NCBI GenBank assembly: GCA_964106645.2 | Contig: OZ067043.1 | Strand: one strand, 5' to 3' | DNA from: Podarcis pityusensis | Lineage: Eukaryota | DNA length: 64,000 bases | Shown: positions 1 to 12,204 of the stretch, in pieces | Position numbering within the stretch: the stretch's first letter is position 1 | Layout of the letters: each line of letters opens with the position of its first letter | The notes under the pieces: generated by a model | Told to the model about the DNA's origin: nothing | What the model saw: only the letters and a program-made list of their open reading frames with translations | The model's database searches: none | Made by a program: the position numbers and the translations under genes

Positions 1-149
1 AGTGCCAGCGCCAGGCTGCCACAGCAGAGAGCTCGATCTGGCATCCCTTTAGAATACACATTGTTTCTACTGCTCCAATTTCACATCCCTCTTTTGCAAA
101 GGGGCTGGCTTAATAGCCAGCCGATCCTTTGCCAGCCCAGTTCTCTGTA

Positions 150-389
150 CAGTGGTACCTTGGTTCCCGAACGGCTTAGTTGACGAACAAATCGGCTCCT
201 GAACGCCACAAACCCGGAAGTAAGTGTTCTGGTTTGTGAACATTTTTTGGAACCCGAACATCCGTTTCGGCTGCTGGCATTGTTTCCGGGGCTAATCAGC
301 CAATCAGAAGCCGTGCCTTGGTTTTCGAATGTCTTGGAAGGCAAACGGACTTCCAGAACAAATTGAGTTTGAGAACCAAGGTACCACTG
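150..389. mobile_element. Tigger/pogo-like MITE
   Basis: TIR CAGTGGTACCTTGGTTC / GAACCAAGGTACCACTG, flanked by TA on both sides. Confidence 0.85.
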
Positions 390-2313
390 TAATTGTTTTA
401 CTGGGGGTCTGTTAATTATTCTATATGCTTTATGCTGTATTTGTGACTTTCTATTATGTTCTATCATGTTATTGTTATTTACTGTTTGTAAGCCGCTTTG
501 GGATTCATTTGAATGAAAAGCGGCATAAAAATATAATAAATCAAATCAATCAATGTTCCTCTGTACCCCACCCTCAACACACCCATTTTGGGGCCTCTCA
601 CCAGTGGGAACATTGCCTGTGGTAGCTGTAAAATAGTCTGTGTCAGAGCCTCCCTGCCCCTTACAGAGATATCTCTGCTTAATCCAAACACCTAGCAGCA
701 TGGGTTGGGGGTTAGGATCACTCCATTCATGTCCCCAGGGATATGATAAATCTCGAAGATTTGGCCTATGTGAGTGGGAAAGGCAAGATTAGATTACTCT
801 TGCGCTCCCTTCAATATTGAACATGAAAAATGGAATAGTGGAAGCAAAGTGCACTCTTGATGGAATGTGGCAATAGCTCCAATTGATAGCAACAGGAAAT
901 ACCGCTTCTGACTGGGGTAAGTACAGCAAACAGTCAAGGAATATAAATAGGTATTCCTGGGGCTGCTCCTCACTTTGGAAGTTCTAGCAACCCAACAAAG
1001 TCCAAGCCTGAGCAAATTATCCATGGCCAGGATGAGCATAAGGGTTTTTTAAAAGGCAGAATTTAGAAGATTCATTACTTATTACTTTGAAGTATTGTCC
1101 AGCTTATACTGTGGGGGATAGGGTGGTTTAAACAAGTAAAAGAAATAATGACGAAATCGTTATGATCAGAAAGCCTTTGTGGTGTCTGTTCATGCCCATG
1201 AGAACCAAATGCATTAGTGTCCAAATTAAATGACAAAACACAGTGTAAACACTTCTGCAACTTGGGTCATACACAGTGTATACAAATCCAGCCAGCCTTT
1301 CCATTACAGACAGTTAAAGCCTAAAAATCAGCTTGAGAGAGAAGGCAAGCCAACCATTTCTACCACAAATTAACCGCTTGGGTGCAATGCTTTTGTCACA
1401 GTTCCACATCCCAAGCAAAGGAGGTACCAACCCTCCCTCCTCCACTCATTTTAAAACCTTGGTTATAGAGAAGATAGTTTAAACAGCTAGTCCTTGATCA
1501 ACCATGGGCTCTCCAGCTCAGATGGGAGTTGCTAAGACTTCAATACCAGCTCCTTGTACTGTAGGGACCAGTTTTTAATGCACCTCATGATTATAGCAAA
1601 ACTGTTTTATGCTACTTTTTATTTCACGTGTGTATGTTCCACCTTGATTCGAGTGTGTGCTTCATGGCTCCAGGCACAAGACAGCATGTTGGTGCCTGCA
1701 ACTTCTATTGCCAGCACTTTCAAAGGTTAGAGGCAGCATGGTCCGACTTGGCAGGCTGCGTATCCTCTGAGCACAAACTCATTTTACAGGCACATACGTT
1801 TTAGGAGGTACTTTCAAATAATTTAAATTAGTTGTTGAAATTGGTGCCATGAGAATCCAGGAACCAAACTATAGACAATGGATCAGATCATGGATATACT
1901 GACAACCCCTCTCCTCAAAATGGCCACAGTCTAATTTCCCACTTGTATTCATGCCACCAAGCATACCTGATCTGGGGCATGTGACAATAGCTAGTTAGTT
2001 AATAACTCCTTGTGTTGCCTGACACTTGTGTGTGATCTAAGGGCCACCATCATTTTAAGGATAACTTTTATTCACTACAGAGCTATTTTTAGTACGCTAT
2101 TTTCTACATTTGGGGCAGGATTCGAAATAATCTCCATTTCATGATATTGCTTTTACCACCAATGTACTCTCTTGAGTCCACTGATTCGCTAATCATATGC
2201 ACTTGCATATTGCTCTAGCTGAGAAAGGATAAATCCTGGAAGTGGTGATGGATGAGGAATAGTAGCCCTTCTAGAAAACAGTGGTAAAGTTAAAAGATCA
2301 TTCATCTGCTTAC

Positions 2314-2417
2314 ATTTGGGTTCCAGATGCTGGCTGTTTCCGATCAAGCAGTCCTTGATATCGGCTCCGCTCTCTATCACTGCATTATGGCACACAACAC
2401 AGTTCTGTAAGCTGCAC
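2314..2417 (-). CDS. EIF2B3: eIF2B gamma, exon 11 (104 nt)
   Basis: attacag|G TGC...AAA T|gtaagc. Translates (G)CSLQNCVVCHNAVIESGADIKDCLIGNSQHLEPK. Lies within track ORF 2189..2428. Confidence 0.96.
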
Positions 2418-2461
2418 CTGTAATGCAATTATAAATGGGGCATTATTATTATGATATTGTT

Positions 2462-2684
2462 TTATTATTACCTTCATATCCCACCTCCAAGGAGCTCATG
2501 GTAGCATACATATTTGTCCCCCTCTCCATTTGATCCTCACAGCAACCTAGGGAGGTAGGCTCACCTGAGAGCTAGTGACTACCCCAAGGTCATGCAGTGG
2601 AGGGCTTCATGGCTAAGTGGAGATTTGAACCCTGGTCTCCCAGGTCCTAGTCCAGGACTCTTAACCACCACACCATGCTGGCTC
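2462..2684 (-). mobile_element. MIR/CORE-like tRNA-derived SINE
   Basis: Reverse complement begins GAGCCAGCATGGTGTGGTGGTTAAGAG with a B-box GGTTCAAATCT. Homologous to 60700..60930 and 36126..36280. Confidence 0.72.
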
Positions 2685-5600
2685 TGAAATGCAGCAAGAA
2701 GTTAGACCAAGAACAGTAGTGACTCCTTGACCAACAATAGCACCGCTACTGCCACCAGGGGACAGGAACCATAAATATATGGTCTCAGATTCCATCTCTG
2801 TTGTGAAAAAGGATCAGGTAGTAGGTGAGTAAAAAATTCCCTGCCTGAGACCCTGGAAAATGACTGCCAGTCATAGCAGAGCAGACAATACTGGTCTAGA
2901 TTAACAAATAGCCTATCCTTGTGTAAGGCAGCTTCCTATGAGCAGACCTGGGATATAAAACCTGCCTTTCTTCCAATTCCAGTCGTCTTCTTTCCCAGCC
3001 TGGGTGCTTAGTTGCTATGACAGAGCTCTGCTGCCAGATGTCACAAAGGAAGCATACAAAAGGACAAAGACAAGACAGTTGCCACCTTTCACATTCAGGA
3101 TGCTTTTCTATTTGCAGCTTCTACTGCCTTGCAGAGCTCCCCCCACCCTTTTGTATTAGGGTAAATATTGCCACTGACTTTGTATTCATGCACACACAAA
3201 TACCCTGCTATGTTAAACCAACAAAAGCCAAGGAAATAAAGCCTGGAATGCTCTCTGGTTCAGGGATTCCCAATTGGTGCAACCTTGCACACTGTTTGCT
3301 AGAATAACAAGGACACAGCCAAAATAGTGAAAGGTATACTACCCTGCCAACAGTCTTTGCAAAAGGATGGTTTTAAGTCACAGTTAAAGAGTCAGAGGAG
3401 AAACAAGCAAGCAAGCGCCAGATTCCTAATTTCAGCTCTCTCAAAATCCCACATGTAAGTGGTACTATTCCTTTGCATCTCTGTCTCATGAGAATCCATC
3501 ATCAGACAAAATAGGGAGTGTGAAAATCAGTGTTAGAAATATTCACTGACATTACACACAATTTCCTTCTCAAACACATACCAAAGCATTGTCAGATCGT
3601 AGGCTTCTTGTCTGTGCCCAAGCAAGTACAAAAACAGAAAAGCTACATAGGCATCCAGCTACTTGAACAGATGTGATTTCATTATGTAACAGAATCATAG
3701 AACTGTAGATTTGGAAGAGACCATGAGGGTCATCTAGTCCAACCCCCTGCAATGCAGGAATCTCAATGCAAATCCAGAAGTTTCTATTCCGTGTGGAAAC
3801 AGAAAATAATAGCACACAGAAATGCAGAAATCATAATGCTTTTTGGGTACTTCCAAAAGGCTGGAATTCTATGTGCTTTCCCTAAGCCCTTTCACAATGA
3901 GACACAAATCTATATTTCTTTTCATCACCTAGTGTTTGGTATCAAATTCCAAAGCTCTATTAAAACCTGGATGAATTGGGGAAAAGTTTTAATAATTTTC
4001 ACATTTTCCAACATTTTCTCATTTCTGGTTGAAGAAAGTGACAATCTCACTTGAAATGTAAAATTCAAGCTTTTCATGTTTCATTCCCAAGTTGCCCACT
4101 TGCAGCTAAAGAATGCTGCACTCAGGTCCCCTGGCACAGGATAGATTTAGACCCTGAGAAATTGCTCCCCCTATTGGTTGCCCATCACTGTTCCAGTGGA
4201 ACACGGCTGTCAAAGCAGGCAGACTATCCTGTGAGCACAAGCAGCATATACAGGGCTTCAAATATCAAGACAGAGACCTTGACTGGACTTAATGAAAATT
4301 CGCAAGGATACGATCATAATGCCCCGGGTTGCTAAGGAGACCGACTCCCATCTCAGACAATTGGGAACTGAGCTTCTCCAGTCAAAGCTGAGTTGACAAT
4401 CCTCTTGTTGAAAAGAATTTAACTCCCTCTATAAGACATCATAGGGCTCAGAGAGGAGCAGGCCTATGGTATGAAAAGGGAGACATTTTGAACAGGCAAG
4501 ACTCTCCTTGCTGTAAGCCCAACTGCCTCCCCTCTCACACAGCAAGGCTGCACAGTTATGCATGATGGAGTCATCTAGCTCAGGTTGCCTTGGCAAGGCC
4601 TCTTATTGAGATGTTAATAGAGGGGAAAGGCTGTGTAGACAGCTCTCTCTCCATTTGCTCCCTATCCCTGCTACACTGACACAGCTGCTTCCTTTCCAAC
4701 AGCTCCATTTACTGCACAGCAGTGCTAACATGAAGAGTATCTAGGATTCACTGGTTTACACACTAGAAACCCAGAGTGCTGTTGGGATTTTTAAAAATGC
4801 ACCCCAAGTTCAGGTGCAGCACTTGCAAGATCCCCGTGGTTTGCCATCGCAGAGAATTGCAAACTATAACTTTCCAAGCTGAAAGTTTCTCAGTGTCTTG
4901 ATTCCAAGTGACTTTAAAACAAATGCCATGGAAAACAAATCAAGAGCACACTCTCTCGCATACTGTTGAACTTACCCAAGCTTCTAAGCTGGCTTCATTT
5001 GTGATGCTAGGCTGTGATTTCAGGAGATACATAAAGTAAACTGCTCATCTCTATATTTTCAAAGGGCAAGATCTTTATACCAGTATGCTTTGGTGTTACA
5101 AAATCTTTTACACTAGGAAAAACTGAAATCAATTAGTCTGCAAAGAACTTCCAGAAGCATCCTCTTAAGACATATGGCAAACAGGCAAACACCCTCACCC
5201 TCTCCTCCATCACCTTTTTTAACAGGGAGCTTGAGGAAGAGTTCTGTGTTACTCAAAAGCTCGCTTAATGTTTTGTGGCTTTTATTTGGCCTAATAAAGG
5301 CATTCTTATACTGCTCTTGTTTGGGCTTATTAAGAAACAAAATTTGGCTGCTTTCAACATCTGTTGGGCTGAAAGAATCCATGAAAGAGCAGAAATCTCA
5401 TTCTGGATGTCAGATTCCAGCAAAACAAGGGAAACGTATTTTCCAGCTCCAGGATGACAAAAGCTTACCAGGGCTGGAAACATTTTAAATTCAGTATCTA
5501 TAATGCAGGATTTCAAACACACACTGATAATTCTAAGCTCCCACTAGGGCCCTGCCCCACAATAGAGCAGTTTGGCCAGATTTTACCACAGGAGTGGAAA

Positions 5601-6261
5601 ACAAATTGAAGACGTAAAACACATTTTGTGGGTGTTCCTTCCACTCACTGACAGATGTAATACAGCCATTTGGAAATTACTTGCAAATGCTATTTTGTGC
5701 ACATTTTAAAAATCAAACTATAAAGACTGCCAACAGAAGAATTTTGTGTTTATTTTATTTCAAACTCCTTTCTGTCCCCCCACCCCTGTCAAGAAATAAG
5801 CTTATTTTCTTATGTGGCAAGCATCTGATTTCCTGGCAATTTGATTTCCAGTTTTGAGTACTGTATCCTTATAAAACTACACATATAACATTAGCCTGTA
5901 TAACAGCTTTGATGCTAGCAGTCACCTATGTAAGAATGTATCGGATAGAGTGGTTTCTAATGGGAAACACATTTATTGTTGCGAAAAGGACAATCTACAT
6001 TTTCAGCACTGTGAAAGTAGATATCTTCTGATCCTAAAATCTGCAGCGCTCACCTTATTAACAAGTCACAAATGATTTAAAGGTATACAAATTGGCCAAT
6101 GTGAACACAAAATCAGCCTCTATGCTAATCATAATATATTTAATGTCCATTAAATTCCACAACTCAAGCTTTGTTTAAGAGCCATAGTCAAATTTCAGGC
6201 TGTAAAATAAAGACAAAATAAAACACAGATATCAACAAAGACATTACGAGACAGAATAGTA

Positions 6262-6503
6262 CAGTGGTACCTCGGGTTACATACACTTCACGTTACATAC
6301 GCTTCAGGTTACAGACTCTGCTAACCCAGAAATAGTACCTTGGGTTAAGAACTTTGCTTCAGGATAAGAACAGAAATAGTGCTCCAGCGGTGCAGCGGCA
6401 GCAGGAGGCCCCATTAGCTAAAGTGGTGCTTCAGGTTAAGAACAGTTTCACGTTAAGAACGAACCTCCGGAACGAATTAAGTACTTAACCCGAGGTACCA
6501 CTG
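6262..6503 (+). mobile_element. Tigger/pogo-like MITE (family copy A)
   Basis: TIR CAGTGGTACCTCGGGTTA / TAACCCGAGGTACCACTG and TA TSD. Same family as 44878..45119 and 51088..51323. Confidence 0.9.
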
Positions 6504-6955
6504 TATTTATTGCGCTGAAAAACCTGTAAGAGATCTTGTAATTATTATTTTAATAAGTAACGAGGGTGGTCTCTTTGCTTAATAAGTCTAAGGAAAATGA
6601 TGAAATTAAAATTGTCATGCATGGGCAGAGTTGCTGCTATTAGAATTAATACACTCCTGAGGTTTCTTTTTGTCTTTGAACATGTGCCAATTAGTATACA
6701 TGCACAAATACTGACAACTTGGCAGGAAAATGTTATCTAATTTTAGTTGGGAGGGTAAATGATAATGAGTTTCTTTGCAGAATTCAAAAGAGAAAGAGAA
6801 CAGCCTGCCCAAACTCTTACTATTTTGTCATGGCACTGAAAATGACACATTAAATACATGGCACAAGCCCATTGGAAGATACTCCATTCTGTTCCATTTG
6901 GAACTGTTTTACGTGTTTTGCAATTGTAGTGGTTTTGTTTTTATAATGGTATATT

Positions 6956-7244
6956 CAGTGGCTCACAAGTGGTTTTCCCCATGGACCACTTAAAAATTGC
7001 TGAGGATCTTAGTGGACCAATTCATTATTTTTCTGCCTCTTGTAGCAATCACAATATGCCGTGATAGGTGCTGTATGGGTGTTATTTGTATCTTTAATGC
7101 TTTTTTATTTCTTATATTGTATTGTCTCCTATTACAATTTGAATTCCACAGAATTCTATGGAATTCAAAAGGCAAGTGAGTTCTTCACAGACACAGTGCA
7201 GACCACCTGAAGGAAGCTTGTCCGCAGACCACTTTGGGAACCTG
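6956..7244. mobile_element. Degenerate hAT/Charlie-like MITE
   Basis: Imperfect inverted ends CAGTGGCTCACAAGTGGT... / ...ACCACTTTGGGAACCTG. TSD not clear. Confidence 0.45.
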
Positions 7245-7986
7245 TAGTATATTTTATGAAATTGTGTGTTTCTAAGTATACAGAAAACCAGACAGTAACA
7301 AGCTCTCATCACTGAAATACAGAATGGAGAAATGGGAAAAATATGAAAACAGTATTCACTGTTTTTGAAATACTAGTTGTTAATTGGAACGATTCCAAAA
7401 ATGTTATTTAGAATTCACTGTCAATTTGCTATCTGTTAATTACTAGTATGAAACAAATCTTTAAGTGGAGAAAATATGCTTGAACAAAATTGTTGCAGTG
7501 CATGACTGGGATAAAATCTGTACTAAATATTTTGATATGCCAGTTAATATTAATATGAGGGAAACATTATAAAATAATAATAGTATTTGAGCCCCAACAA
7601 ACTGAAAACTATGATTATGTCATTCATAAATGCTGGAGATGTGATCTATTGTGATAATGTGTCATGGAAATGTTTTCCGACATTACAACGTACTTGCTTT
7701 ATCGGATGGACTGGTGAGAGATAAATGTGACATGCTCACCTCTCCTTTGTTAATGGTGGGTGGAATTCAACTGGTGCTCTTGTGCTCATGCTAGTGGAAG
7801 AGGAGAGGAGGCATTTTTGCCTCTCACAAGCACTCTGCAGCTCCCACTGAGAACTAGCTCCGAGGAGTTGGGGGACCCTCCAGGACAGGGTGAAGAGTGG
7901 CACAAGGGGCTATAGGGAGAGGGGGAACTGGCAAAAACCACCTCTCTGTGCTGTTAGCGGACACCACTTGATCGCTCCTATGACAC

Positions 7987-8118
7987 AGCATGAGACTCTT
8001 AATCTCAGGGTCTCGGTGGTGGGTTCATGCCCCACGTTGGCAAAAGATTCATGTATTGCAGGGGACTGGACTAGATGACCCTTGTGGTCTCTCCCAACTC
8101 TACAATTCTAGGATTCTA
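7987..8118 (+). mobile_element. tRNA-Lys-derived SINE with CR1-like tail
   Basis: AGCATGAGACTCTTAATCTCAGGGTC...GGTTCATGCCCCACGTTGG (tRNA-Lys CTT-like) followed by GGACTAGATGACCCT...ATTCTAGGATTCTA. Related tail fragments lie on the minus strand near 3691-3762 and 55640-55706. Confidence 0.72.
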
Positions 8119-10591
8119 CATGAGATCAAAAGCCCTTTCATGAGCAAAAGGGCATCACAACTGGAGGTGGCCAATTGATTAGTTGCTAAAAAGGGGCACA
8201 GACAAAAAAAACTACAATTTAAAAATGGTTCTCCAAAGAATGGCACATTGTACAAATGTCTAAACTTACTGAGATTGTGAAACTTGGGATAAGGAAGCCA
8301 ACAAAAGGAAACTTTTGTGAAAACATGGCATCTATTCATTAAATTTGGAAGGCTATGTATACATATCAATATGAATGTTTATACAGGTTTTTAAGTTCAG
8401 TAGCATAATTTGTGTTCTTTTTTTGTTTTGTTTGAAAGGCTTTTAAAAGAGTTTTTTAAAAAAATAATAATGAAAAAGCTAACAACCACAACAAAACTGT
8501 GAGGCATCACAAACCGTTTGATTTAGAACTGAAATTACAACTAGGAGTTTTGATCGGCTTCAAGCAAATCCAAGTAGCTGAACTGGTCTTCTCTGGAGAG
8601 GAAGGGATTTAGCCCAATTTTGTGATACTAATGCAGACACAGCCATCTGATGCTAAAATATGTTAATGTGTTGACCAGGTGTGATAGAGAGAAAAAGGGG
8701 TTGGGAGTCTGACTTTTGAGAGAAATGGGGGGGGGGGTGGCATGGAGAAGAGGAGTGATGACCAAGAAGTTGGGGGGGGGGTAGATTACAAGGATTTAAG
8801 TCTTTAAAGCAGAGACCACCTAACAAGATGACTCTGAAATGCTTCTAATTTCAGTAAAGCCGCAACCCACCCCCTCCCCTCCCCCATGCCTCCATTGTAA
8901 ACAACTAATCCCAGCAGAAAACAACAGAGAGTAAAATGTATACTCATTCTGCAGCATTCCAGGCCTTGCTTTATCTTTTATTTATTTTTCTAAGAGGTCA
9001 GAGATTGTTTGAAAGAAGGAGGAGGGAGGGAGGCAAAGACACAGGCCATCTCTTGTGTGGGCTTGAAGGAAGCTGTTTTAAAGGCAATGTCCAAGAACAT
9101 ACAATCTGGAGTTTTTATAGCAGAGCAATCCCAGGCCTCATTCTCTCTCTCTCCCCCCCCCCCCCATTTTGTGGTAAAGCTACACAGCTTTAAACCAAAG
9201 GACAGGGTGGTCGATTACTTCGGAAAGAAATGTAAAGAATTGGGAAATAATTCCTTTTCCTGTTGAAACTATAAATAAGGAAGGCTGATTTACACAGTGC
9301 CAGGACTGCTGACTTTCAAAGCTTGCTATCTGTCTATAAATCAAGTGCGTTGAGGGAAGTTAACTCTATACTTAAAGAGAGAGAGAAAAGCAAAGCCTCC
9401 ACCACCTAAAGGTAGCGAGAGAGCCAAGGAATTGTGGTCTTCTATTCTCTTTAGCCCCAGAAAAATGCATCTGAGTGAAATCAAACATAGTGTGGAGGAG
9501 TGGGGGAGTGGGAAGGGTGGGAGACTAAAATCTGCAGCGTTCAGCACACAAGGAACAGGCTGCAGAAATCCAAAACACAGCCCATAATTACAGGCTACCC
9601 GCCAATTATTTAGGACTCAGTGATTAAAGTAATGAACAGCCATGGAGGAAAAGGAGCTTAGATGACTGAGGTCAAGACCTCAAGCAGAGCCCCAGTCCTA
9701 GACTCAGCTACCCAAAAAGGTATGGATGACAAACCCTTGCCTTGCAGCCAGTCTACAGACATGGAGAAGCACAACACATCTATTCTTTTATGTGGTGCTT
9801 TTAAATGCCAGGGTAGTGGCTAATGGAGCAGCAGCCATGTATTATTTGACACAGGGCAAGGCTGGCAGTGTGGCACACTTCAACAAGCCCTGGATGGATT
9901 TTGCACGAGGGCTTATGCTGCTCGGAAGAGTTGTGAAGGAATATGTGGTGAATCATTCAGCCCAGTAAGGGGACAGGAAAGTGTAATTAGCCATAACTTG
10001 TAAAGTTTTCATCCTTTTGGTCAAAATTATTGCAAGTTTGGAATATGCATATTTCATGTCGGAACCTGGGATAGTCTAGAAATCTTGCAGCTGTATTGAA
10101 CATTCAGCTTCTTAAAACAATCTGGATCAACCTGTCTCAGAGCTGGTGTCTGTGTCTCCAGGACCTGGTGTCCTAGAAAATGCCGACATCTATATCAAGG
10201 GTGTCAAGACTGGCTCAACATTTCAAGGCTCCTGAGGGAACCACAGATCTCACCATGTATCGTATTGGCAGCCCCACAGATGTGGCAGTATATACAGTGG
10301 ATTTTTAAATTCCACACAAGCCTGGAATCTGCTAACCTGTATTGTGATGGGACTAGAATGTTACCTTTGACTGCTTTGTCAGGGCATGACTCTCAGGGAC
10401 TATTGATCTATGGATTTGACTCGTTTCCGGAACTCAGAATTGCTCACTTAATTCACAAGTTTTCAAGGTAATGATGTAGTCAGTTTCTGGGAAAAGGTCT
10501 AATATAACACAGAGGCTGCTGGTACAATTGCTCCTAAGTGCTTCTCTAACCCCACTCCGAAGCCACCCATAATTGTAGATTCAGTCAGTTA

Positions 10592-12204
10592 CCGTATTTT
10601 TCGGACTATAGGACGCACCGGCCCATAGGACGCACCTAGTTTTCAGGGGGGGAAATCAAGGAAAAAAATATGATTCCCCCCCCCCCGCAGCTCTGGGAGC
10701 AGCGGATAGGCTGCACGCAGCCTGTCCGCTACTCCAAGACCTTTTCCCTGCTTTTGCGGGAGGTGGCGGAATTCCCCCACCTCCCGCAAAAGCCCACAGG
10801 AGCCCCGCGCGACTCCTGCGGGCTTTTCGACCAGGAGGGAGAAGGGACTGAAACGGCCAGTCAGTCCCTTCTCCCTCCTCGGGGAAAAGCCCCCAAGAGC
10901 GGCACGCTCTTTAAAGGGTGCGCGGCTCCTGCAGGCTTTTCTAGGAGGTGGGGGAATTCCCCCCCTCGTAGAAAAGCCAGCAGAAGCCGCGGAGCCCCTT
11001 TAAAGAGCACGAGGCTTTTGCGGGCTTTTGCGGGAGGTGGGGGAATTCCCCCATCTCCCGCAAAAGCCCAAAGGAGGGTTGGAGAGTAGCGGGAGGGCGT
11101 CGCGCGCCTTCCCGCTGCCCCCCATCCTCTGGGGCTGGCGATGGGGGAAGCGCTGCTTTCCCCACCGCCAGCCTTGAAGCCGGGTTGGAGGGTAGCGGCA
11201 AGGCGTCGCGCCCCTTCCCGCTGCCCCCCATCCTCTGGGGCTGGCGATGGGGGAAGCGCTGCTTTCCCCACCGCCAGCCTCGAAGCCGGGTTGGAGGGTA
11301 GCGGCAAGGCGTCGCGCGCCTTCCCGCTGCCCCCCATCCTCTGGGGCTGGCGATGGGGGAAGCGCTGCTTTCCCCACCGCCAGCCTCGAAGCCGGGTTGG
11401 AGGGTAGCGGCAAGGCGTCGCGCGCCTTCCCGCTGCCCCCCATCCTCTGGGGCTGGCGATGGGGGAAGCGCTGCTTTCCCCACCGCCAGCCTCGAAGCCG
11501 GGTTGGAGGGTAGCGGCAAGGCGTCGCGCGCCTTCCCGCTGCCCCCCATCCTCTGGGGCTGGCGATGGGGGAAGCGCTGCTTTCCCCACCGCCAGCCTCG
11601 AAGCCGGGTTGGAGGGTAGCGGCAAGGCGTCGCGCGCCTTCCCGCTGCCCCCCATCCTCTGGGGCTGGCGATGGGGGAAGCGCTGCTTTCCCCACCGCCA
11701 GCCTCGAAGCCGGGTTGGAGGGTAGCGGCAAGGCGTCGCGCGCCTTCCCGCTGCCCCCCATCCTCTGGGGCTGGCGATGGGGGAAGCGCTGCTTTCCCCA
11801 CCGCCAGCCTCGAAGCCGGGTTGGAGGGTAGCGGCAAGGCGTCGCGCGCCTTCCCGCTGCCCCCCATCCTCTGGGGCTGGCGATGGGAGAAGCGCTGCTT
11901 TCCCCACCGCCAGCCTCGAAGCCGGGTTGGAGGGTAGCGGCAAGGCGTCGCGCGCCTTCTCGCTGCCCCCCATCCTCTGGGGCTGGCGATGGGGGAAGCG
12001 CTGCTTTCCCCCACCGCCAGCCTCAAAGAGCAGACTCTCCTGGCTTCAGCGGAAGCAACGCGAAGCCTCCGGAGCGCAGGCTTCGGAGGCTTCGCATTGC
12101 TATCGCTGAAGCCGAGGAGTCTGCATTCGCTCCATAGGACGCACACACATTTCCCCTTCATTTTTGGAGGGGAAAAAGTGCGTCCTATGGTCCGAAAAAT
12201 ACGG
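10592..12204. mobile_element. Non-autonomous Tc1/mariner (Tc2/pogo-type) element with expanded internal tandem array
   Basis: 27-bp TIRs CCGTATTTTTCGGAC(T/C)ATAGGACGCAC (26/27 match), TA TSD on both sides, no transposase ORF. Confidence 0.9.
11076..12028. repeat. Minisatellite, about 9 x 106 bp, GC- and CpG-rich
   Basis: The unit GGGTTGGAGGGTAGCGGCAAGGCGTCGCGCGCCTTCCCGCTGCCCCCCATCCTCTGGGGCTGGCGATGGGGGAAGCGCTGCTTTCCCCACCGCCAGCCTCGAAGCC recurs. Track ORF starts at 11141, 11247 ... 11989 confirm the 106-bp period. Confidence 0.97.

Noticed and set aside
1-2313. Final EIF2B3 coding exon (KRVNEVIVG...MEI*)
   Set aside because: I searched by eye and found no convincing match, so it is probably left of the window.
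2750-2766. CTCF-like motif TGCCACCAGGGGACAG
   Set aside because: It mismatches the core, is a single hit between two SINEs, and cannot be distinguished from chance.
7987-8040. tRNA-Lys gene
   Set aside because: The 5' arm is missing, there is an insertion in the variable/T region, and it is fused to a CR1-like tail, so it is a SINE head.
11076-12028. CRISPR-like array of palindromic repeats
   Set aside because: Units are contiguous and near-identical with no unique spacers, there are no cas genes, and the context is a vertebrate intron inside a MITE.
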